Shown piece after piece: positions 27,106 to 32,000 of a stretch of DNA of 32,000 nt. Position numbers and translations under genes: made by a program. A model generated the notes under the pieces. The model did not search any database, was not told where the DNA came from, and worked only from the letters and a program-made list of their open reading frames with translations. This stretch comes from Nostoc sp. PCC 7120 = FACHB-418 (GTDB taxonomy: Bacteria > Cyanobacteriota > Cyanobacteriia > Cyanobacteriales > Nostocaceae), in assembly GCF_000009705.1 (NCBI RefSeq), contig NC_003272.1, positions 4,320,001 through 4,352,000 of the forward strand. The letters run 5' to 3'. Every line of letters begins with the position of its first letter. The first letter of the stretch is position 1.

Positions 27106-27366
27106 TTACTTTTCTAGCCGCACTGCGTACCATTGTAAATATTTTCCCGCGCCTACATCTAACTCACAACTGGTATCGATCAAGTGTTGGGCTTGGGCTG
27201 GCAAAGAATCTAATTTTTGTAGCTCAAGGGGTAAATCCGAAAAACTAATTTTTTCTAATTCCCCCTTGAGCTTTTCTAGTAATTCTATTGTGGTGAGAAA
27301 CTGTTCCGGTTGGTTGGTTTCTAAGACAACAAAGTTATCCTGTTGATACATTAACGGATCTGGCAT
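27106..27366 (-). CDS. CRR7-like small protein (chlororespiratory reduction 7 / NDH-1 assembly-associated family)
   Basis: MPDPLMYQQDNFVVLETNQPEQFL...CELDVGAGKYLQWYAVRLEK matches my recollection of the cyanobacterial CRR7/DUF3571 pattern. The CDS itself is convincing; the family name is less certain. Confidence 0.6.
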   Translation of the reverse strand: MPDPLMYQQDNFVVLETNQPEQFLTTIELLEKLKGELEKISFSDLPLELQKLDSLPAQAQHLIDTSCELDVGAGKYLQWYAVRLEK

Positions 27367-28227
27367 TGCAAGGATGCTCTAAGTTACTTCAAGGGATTCT
27401 ACTAAGATAAATGAGATTTTTATAAAAATCTATCACAATGTTGTCGTTCATCTAGATGTATGTAAAAAGTAACTTTTGTAGTGTGTGATCAGTTTTTAAA
27501 ATCCAGATATCTTCAGCAACTAGGTATGCCGATCTCTCGACTTTATAGTATATTTACTTATATTTTAAATATAAAAATATATTTTTATATCCGTTTGTCA
27601 ACAGGAATCTTACTTAATTAAGTAGCTGATTAATAACAGTAATAACTTATTGTGTTAATAGCTTGATAATAAACTTATATAATCTAAGTAATTTTCTTGA
27701 ATACCCACTATTGTCAAGCTTTCAGGATGTTTTCAATCGCTGCAACTTAAGTGAGAGCAGTCCTGGGTTTGGGAAATATTTCCCTTGTAATTTGGCGATT
27801 CATATATTGTTTTATTTTTTTAAGTTTATATACAAAATAACCCCTGTAGTGAAAAATTGGGGTTCACATTTAAAGTTTTGCTTAATAGAGCAATTACGCT
27901 TTATTAGGAGGGAACTATAACAGTAATATTTCTTATCATGCCTATAAAGAATCCAGTGTAATAAACAACTACCTTTGTTCTGCCATTAAATGTATATCCA
28001 ACCTAGTATTACTCCAGATTCTGGGTTACAAATTATCGAGAAGTCTATAGCTACAACAGATACAGGCTTGCTATCCGTTTCAGTATTGATGAATGCTGTA
28101 CAAACTTTTTTCTACACACTCACCAAGATTTTGCTGAAATTATGACTATAGGTAATTTAACTATGGAGGTGAAGCTTTTCTCTGTTTTTCAGTCCCCAGA
28201 ACTCTGATTTTCTACGGAACGCATCTC

Positions 28228-29262
28228 ATGTCAGGCATAAGCCCATATTCTCTTTCTAAAAAACCTCCCGTAATTTTGGTGGCTGATGATGACAAGACCA
28301 TCCGAATGCTGTTGCGTGAAGCTATGGAAAAAGAAGGCTATCGAGTGGTAGAGGTTACAGATGGTAAACAGTGTCTAGACGCTTATGAGGCTGTTAAACC
28401 AGATATAGTGTTGCTAGATGCTATGATGCCTGTAATGGATGGTTTTACGTGCTGTAAACAATTACTACAAATTGCTAGAAATAATCTAATTACCGCGTTG
28501 GCAAATTTAGATACTGATTCTGGCTTAGGAAATACGGTGATATCTAGATTGTGGGAACGTACACCTATCCTGATGATCACTAGTTTAAATGATGCAGAAT
28601 CTGTTGATCGTGCTTTTGAAGCTGGCGCAACTGATTATATTACTAAGCCAATTCATTGGGCTGTGTTGCGCCAACGCTTACGAAGATTACTACAGCAAGC
28701 ACAAGTGTATAAACAGTTAGAAGCTGCGAACATGGCCTTACAGCACTTAGCCAATGTGGATGGTTTAACTGGATTAGCTAATCGCCGCCGCTTTGATAAT
28801 TATTTAAATACGCAGTGGATTAACTTGGTACAGGAAGGCGCTCCCTTGTCTTTGATTTTGTGTGATATTGATTATTTTAAATTTTATAATGACCAGTACG
28901 GACATCCGACTGGGGATATTTGTTTACAAAAAGTAGGTGCGGTTTTAAGCTACAAGGCTCAGAAACACCAGGATTTAGTTGCCCGTTATGGTGGGGAAGA
29001 ATTTGCCGTGGTTATGCCATACACTCATGCAAAAGGAGCGATTTATGTTGCCCATGCCATACAAACCAGTGTCAGAGATTTGCAAATTGCCCACGATAAA
29101 TCTGCTGTGAGTCAACATATTACTCTCAGCATGGGTGTTGCGACTATAACTCCTACCTGGGAATCTTCACCTTCTGATTTGATTGCGGCGGCAGATAAAG
29201 CACTTTATAAAGCTAAGGAATCAGGACGGAACCGTATTTGTCAATGGGAAGATAGTCAATAG
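28228..29262 (+). CDS. Response regulator with a receiver domain and a GGDEF diguanylate cyclase domain
   Basis: VILVADDD, DIVLLDAMMPVMDG and TKP in the receiver; DGLTGLANRRRFD and RYGGEEF in the cyclase domain. Confidence 0.92.
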   Translation: MSGISPYSLSKKPPVILVADDDKTIRMLLREAMEKEGYRVVEVTDGKQCLDAYEAVKPDIVLLDAMMPVMDGFTCCKQLLQIARNNLITALANLDTDSGLGNTVISRLWERTPILMITSLNDAESVDRAFEAGATDYITKPIHWAVLRQRLRRLLQQAQVYKQLEAANMALQHLANVDGLTGLANRRRFDNYLNTQWINLVQEGAPLSLILCDIDYFKFYNDQYGHPTGDICLQKVGAVLSYKAQKHQDLVARYGGEEFAVVMPYTHAKGAIYVAHAIQTSVRDLQIAHDKSAVSQHITLSMGVATITPTWESSPSDLIAAADKALYKAKESGRNRICQWEDSQ

Positions 29263-29285
29263 TTTTCTTTTCCCCTTGCGCCCTA

Positions 29286-29312
29286 CCAGTCCCCAGTCGC
29301 CAATCCCCAATC
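29286..29312. repeat. STRR-like heptamer run (CCAGTCCCCAGTCGCCAATCCCCAATC) in the 51-nt gap between convergent genes
   Basis: Degenerate CCCCAGT/CCCCAAT units lie between the GGDEF stop (29262) and the sasA stop (29314). Confidence 0.6.
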
Positions 29313-29313
29313 T

Positions 29314-30501
29314 CTAAGATGGATAAACGGGTAACGTGAAGTGGAACCACGCTCCACCGTGGGGGTTGGAGTCTACCCAAATTTGACCATAGTGGGCGCG
29401 TATTATGCGTTGGCATAAAGAAAGACCGATACCGTAGCCTTCTTTGGCTTCATCTCGTTCTAAGCGATAGTGGTTTTCAAATATACGCTCTCGATTGTCG
29501 CTGGGAATACCGGGGCCGGTATCGCCAATGCTAAATTGGACTTTTTGGGTAGTACGGTGTAGTCCAGCAATACTAATTGTGCCGCCTTCTGGAGTATATT
29601 TTATAGCATTATCTAGCAGATTTATCAGTACTTGGCGGATGCGTTCGGGGTCGGCATAGACACAGGGCAAATCTTGGGGAATGTCTGTTTCTACTTTTTG
29701 CGCTTTGGTGGTATAGCGATCGCGCAATTCTCCTAGTACTTCTAAACAGAGTAACCCTATTTCCGTTTTTTGTGGTATAATAATTAGCTCGGTATCAGTA
29801 CCGCGACCCACTTGTAAAAGATCCGCAATCATTTTATCAATTGTTTTAGCTTGAGTGCGGGCTTGTCTTAATAGGTTGACTACTAAGGCGGGTTTTAAGC
29901 GTTGAAATTGGCCGATATCTGGGTTGTAGTTAGATTGTAGGGTTTCGATAGCGATCGCTGCTGCTGTGAGGGGATTGCGGAGGTCATGAACTAACATGGC
30001 AATTACGCGGTCTTTAAACTGTAACTGCTCTAGTAGTTTTTCTTTCTCTTGTTTGAGATTGAATATTTCGTCTGAAAGCCGTAACAGCTCTGCCGAAACA
30101 GCGACAGAATTGATAGTTGATTGAGGTTGTGCCACCCGGCCATTATCATCTACACGTTCTTGCAAGTCCTCTTGCAACTTTGCATAGGTATCTGCTGCTG
30201 CTTGCCAGCGCGGCCACAAATTTTTCAGTTGGGTGATGATGTTACTACCGGCTAAAATCTGCCTGGGTTCTGGATGAATTTTAATTAGAGCTGGTGTTGC
30301 TACTAACTTAAAATGTTCTGCCAAGTATGGTTGTTGCCCGACATCAATGATTTGAAGTTCAAAGTTATACTCAGCCTGCAAGTCTTTTAAGTAAGCACGG
30401 ATACGCTGCACCTGCTGTTTGGACTTGGGTCGTCCATCGACGAACAATAACAGCTGGAGTGGAGCCTCAGAATAAATAGGCTGATCCTGGGAAACTTGCA
30501 T
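29314..30501 (-). CDS. sasA: Adaptive-response sensory kinase SasA (KaiB-like N-terminal domain plus HisKA/HATPase_c)
   Basis: KaiB/thioredoxin-like [27 protein letters not shown]...[11 protein letters not shown]-box [12 protein letters not shown]-box [10 protein letters not shown], and G-box DTGPGI. The ATG is at 30501; the track start at 30528 is TTG. Confidence 0.92.
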   Translation of the reverse strand: MQVSQDQPIYSEAPLQLLLFVDGRPKSKQQVQRIRAYLKDLQAEYNFELQIIDVGQQPYLAEHFKLVATPALIKIHPEPRQILAGSNIITQLKNLWPRWQAAADTYAKLQEDLQERVDDNGRVAQPQSTINSVAVSAELLRLSDEIFNLKQEKEKLLEQLQFKDRVIAMLVHDLRNPLTAAAIAIETLQSNYNPDIGQFQRLKPALVVNLLRQARTQAKTIDKMIADLLQVGRGTDTELIIIPQKTEIGLLCLEVLGELRDRYTTKAQKVETDIPQDLPCVYADPERIRQVLINLLDNAIKYTPEGGTISIAGLHRTTQKVQFSIGDTGPGIPSDNRERIFENHYRLERDEAKEGYGIGLSLCQRIIRAHYGQIWVDSNPHGGAWFHFTLPVYPS

Positions 30502-30643
30502 GGAATCGTGTTTCAGCACTGGTAACAACCCGGCGACGCTTTGCGGAAATTAGAATAGACTGACAGGTGTCGATGGTCGTTCTTTTTTCAATTTAATATC
30601 TATTTTAGGTTTTTACTACACCTATCCACACAGGGTTTTTGAG

Positions 30644-32000
30644 ATGAGATACATATTTCTTGGCCTTTTATTACCTTTTTGTGTTGCTAGCTTGGAGAGA
30701 AATGCTCTTGCCCTAGAATATCAGTCTCCGTCTCATAATCATACTCTGGCGGTTGAGTCAACTGATGGGAATTTTTATACTAAGGCTAGTTACCTGCTTC
30801 AGCAGCAGTTGGATTTGATTGTACGCATTGAACAAGCTTTAGTTTCTCCAGATGCTAATCGGATGCGTGCTGTCCGGGGACAATTAATTTTTCAAGCTAA
30901 AACGGTAGACAGTTTTCTCCAGCGCGACAAGGGCAACCATTTTTGTAATCTTGCAAACGATTCCCCTGACATAAGCGAATCACAAACAAAAATTTATTGC
31001 GCGCTGTCTGCTTCTAGCCAGGAATTATTAAAGCTTGCGCCTTTGCTAGATAATCTTTTGTCTCGTCGAGGTGAATTAGGTTTAGTTAGACGCTTACCCT
31101 TGGTGAGTGGTGAACGTAAGCTCGATCCTATACTGACTATTGCACCAATACAACAGCCAAACCTGGGGAAGCCAGCAGCGCCTTTATCAACCAGAGAACC
31201 AAATTTAGCACCGACCAATCAACAGACTACCACAGTGACTTCGCCATCTGGACTACCAATTATTGGCAGAGTTACGAAAACAGCTATAGTTAATTATCAG
31301 CCGCCGATACAACCTGCGATCGCACCACCTGATACGGCACTGCATATACTAGCAAATGCCAAGCGGTGGTTGACAGCAGCACAGATAGCATTTCCCCCAG
31401 AAACAAAATTTAGAGATGCACAGGAGACCGCGAGAGTACTTGACCGTTTTGCTTACGGACTTGACCCACAAGAACCGGAAACTTACGCTAAGTTTTTAAG
31501 ATTGCCACGTACTGGGATTTTTCGGGTTTTACCTGCTTCAGCTTACCAGCGTCCGCTAAATACTTTGTGGAATAGATTACAGCCCAATGTGAGTGAGCGC
31601 TATTCTTTTCCGACTTTGGGTAATACTCAGGGAGGACTTAATCCTAGTTTAACACTCCAGGTTGTAGAAGAGAACTTTCAATTTCAGCATCAGGGCATAG
31701 ACTATAGTTTTATGGTAGATGTGGGTGATGTGCCATTAGAGAAATTGGACAATAGCCTGAAAGTCTTACCCTCATCAAAAAAAGATTTTTTCTTAAACTA
31801 CCAACCCCCCAAACAGTTAGAAGCCTTACAAGCAGACAGAAGAAGGTTTGTGACTGGTAAAGACCAAAATTGGCAGCAAAATCAGGTAATTCTCACCCAT
31901 GCCACCGCTAAATTGAATCATACTTATTTAGTGCGATCGCTACAATTCCAACTGCCAGAGATTATTCTCAATGGTCAATTTGCCAACTTAGACAAAAGCA
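30644..32000 (+). CDS. Secreted hypothetical protein, 5' part (at least 452 codons; runs off the window). Not in the supplied ORF track.
   Basis: I translated frame 2 by hand from the ATG at 30644 to 31999 and found no stop. The signal-peptide-like start is MRYIFLGLLLPFCVASLERNALA. The protein is Pro/Gln-rich in the middle and divergent from sasA. Confidence 0.75.
   Translation, partial: MRYIFLGLLLPFCVASLERNALALEYQSPSHNHTLAVESTDGNFYTKASYLLQQQLDLIVRIEQALVSPDANRMRAVRGQLIFQAKTVDSFLQRDKGNHFCNLANDSPDISESQTKIYCALSASSQELLKLAPLLDNLLSRRGELGLVRRLPLVSGERKLDPILTIAPIQQPNLGKPAAPLSTREPNLAPTNQQTTTVTSPSGLPIIGRVTKTAIVNYQPPIQPAIAPPDTALHILANAKRWLTAAQIAFPPETKFRDAQETARVLDRFAYGLDPQEPETYAKFLRLPRTGIFRVLPASAYQRPLNTLWNRLQPNVSERYSFPTLGNTQGGLNPSLTLQVVEENFQFQHQGIDYSFMVDVGDVPLEKLDNSLKVLPSSKKDFFLNYQPPKQLEALQADRRRFVTGKDQNWQQNQVILTHATAKLNHTYLVRSLQFQLPEIILNGQFANLDKS

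Noticed and set aside
27663-27920. 85-aa ORF in the AT-rich region upstream of the GGDEF gene
   Set aside because: It has a TTG start, no SD, and a Phe/Ile/Leu/Asn-rich composition that reflects AT-rich DNA.
28383-29416. ORFs 28383..28580 (-) and 29213..29416 (-)
   Set aside because: The first is antisense to the receiver domain. The second overlaps the ends of both convergent genes and the STRR run.
30994-31218. 74-aa minus-strand ORF, the only ORF listed after sasA
   Set aside because: It is antisense to the uninterrupted plus-strand frame of at least 452 codons that starts at 30644 and carries a signal peptide.
1-32000. Search for tRNA, rRNA, transposase, integrase or phage genes flanking the HIP1-free block
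   Set aside because: I recognised none in any frame or intergenic region. The horizontal-acquisition idea therefore rests on composition alone.

Overview
This is a chromosomal segment from a filamentous, heterocyst-forming cyanobacterium of the Nostoc/Anabaena type. Supporting evidence: about 25 perfect HIP1 octamers (GCGATCGC, counted by eye), STRR heptamers (CCCCAGT), a naturally split dnaE-N gene ending in a 102-aa intein N fragment, sasA and ppk1. Most of the window holds ordinary housekeeping and regulatory genes. These include the 3' end of a TroA/MntC-type metal-binding protein gene, dnaE-N, two divergent sigma-70-like genes each followed by a partner gene (DUF1822-like; secreted TPR protein), an orphan histidine kinase, ppk1, a CheY-like regulator, a REC-GGDEF cyclase and sasA. 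The most interesting region is a roughly 9-kb block with no HIP1 sites (about 13.4-22.6 kb). It encodes a 908-aa protein with four PPC-like modules and about nine ELWxxDGT repeats, followed by four genes arranged like a chaperone-usher pilus pathway. Those four are two small Cys-free secreted subunit-like proteins sharing a C-terminal YxGxhTV motif, a PapD-like periplasmic chaperone, and a ~1030-aa usher-like outer-membrane protein. The usher-like protein has a low-complexity N-terminal extension and two CarboxypepD_reg-like C-terminal domains. All family assignments come from motif recognition by eye, because no searches could be run. One open-ended ORF at the 3' edge (30644 to the window end) is missing from the supplied ORF track. 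No rRNA, tRNA, CRISPR array or transposase/integrase gene was seen.
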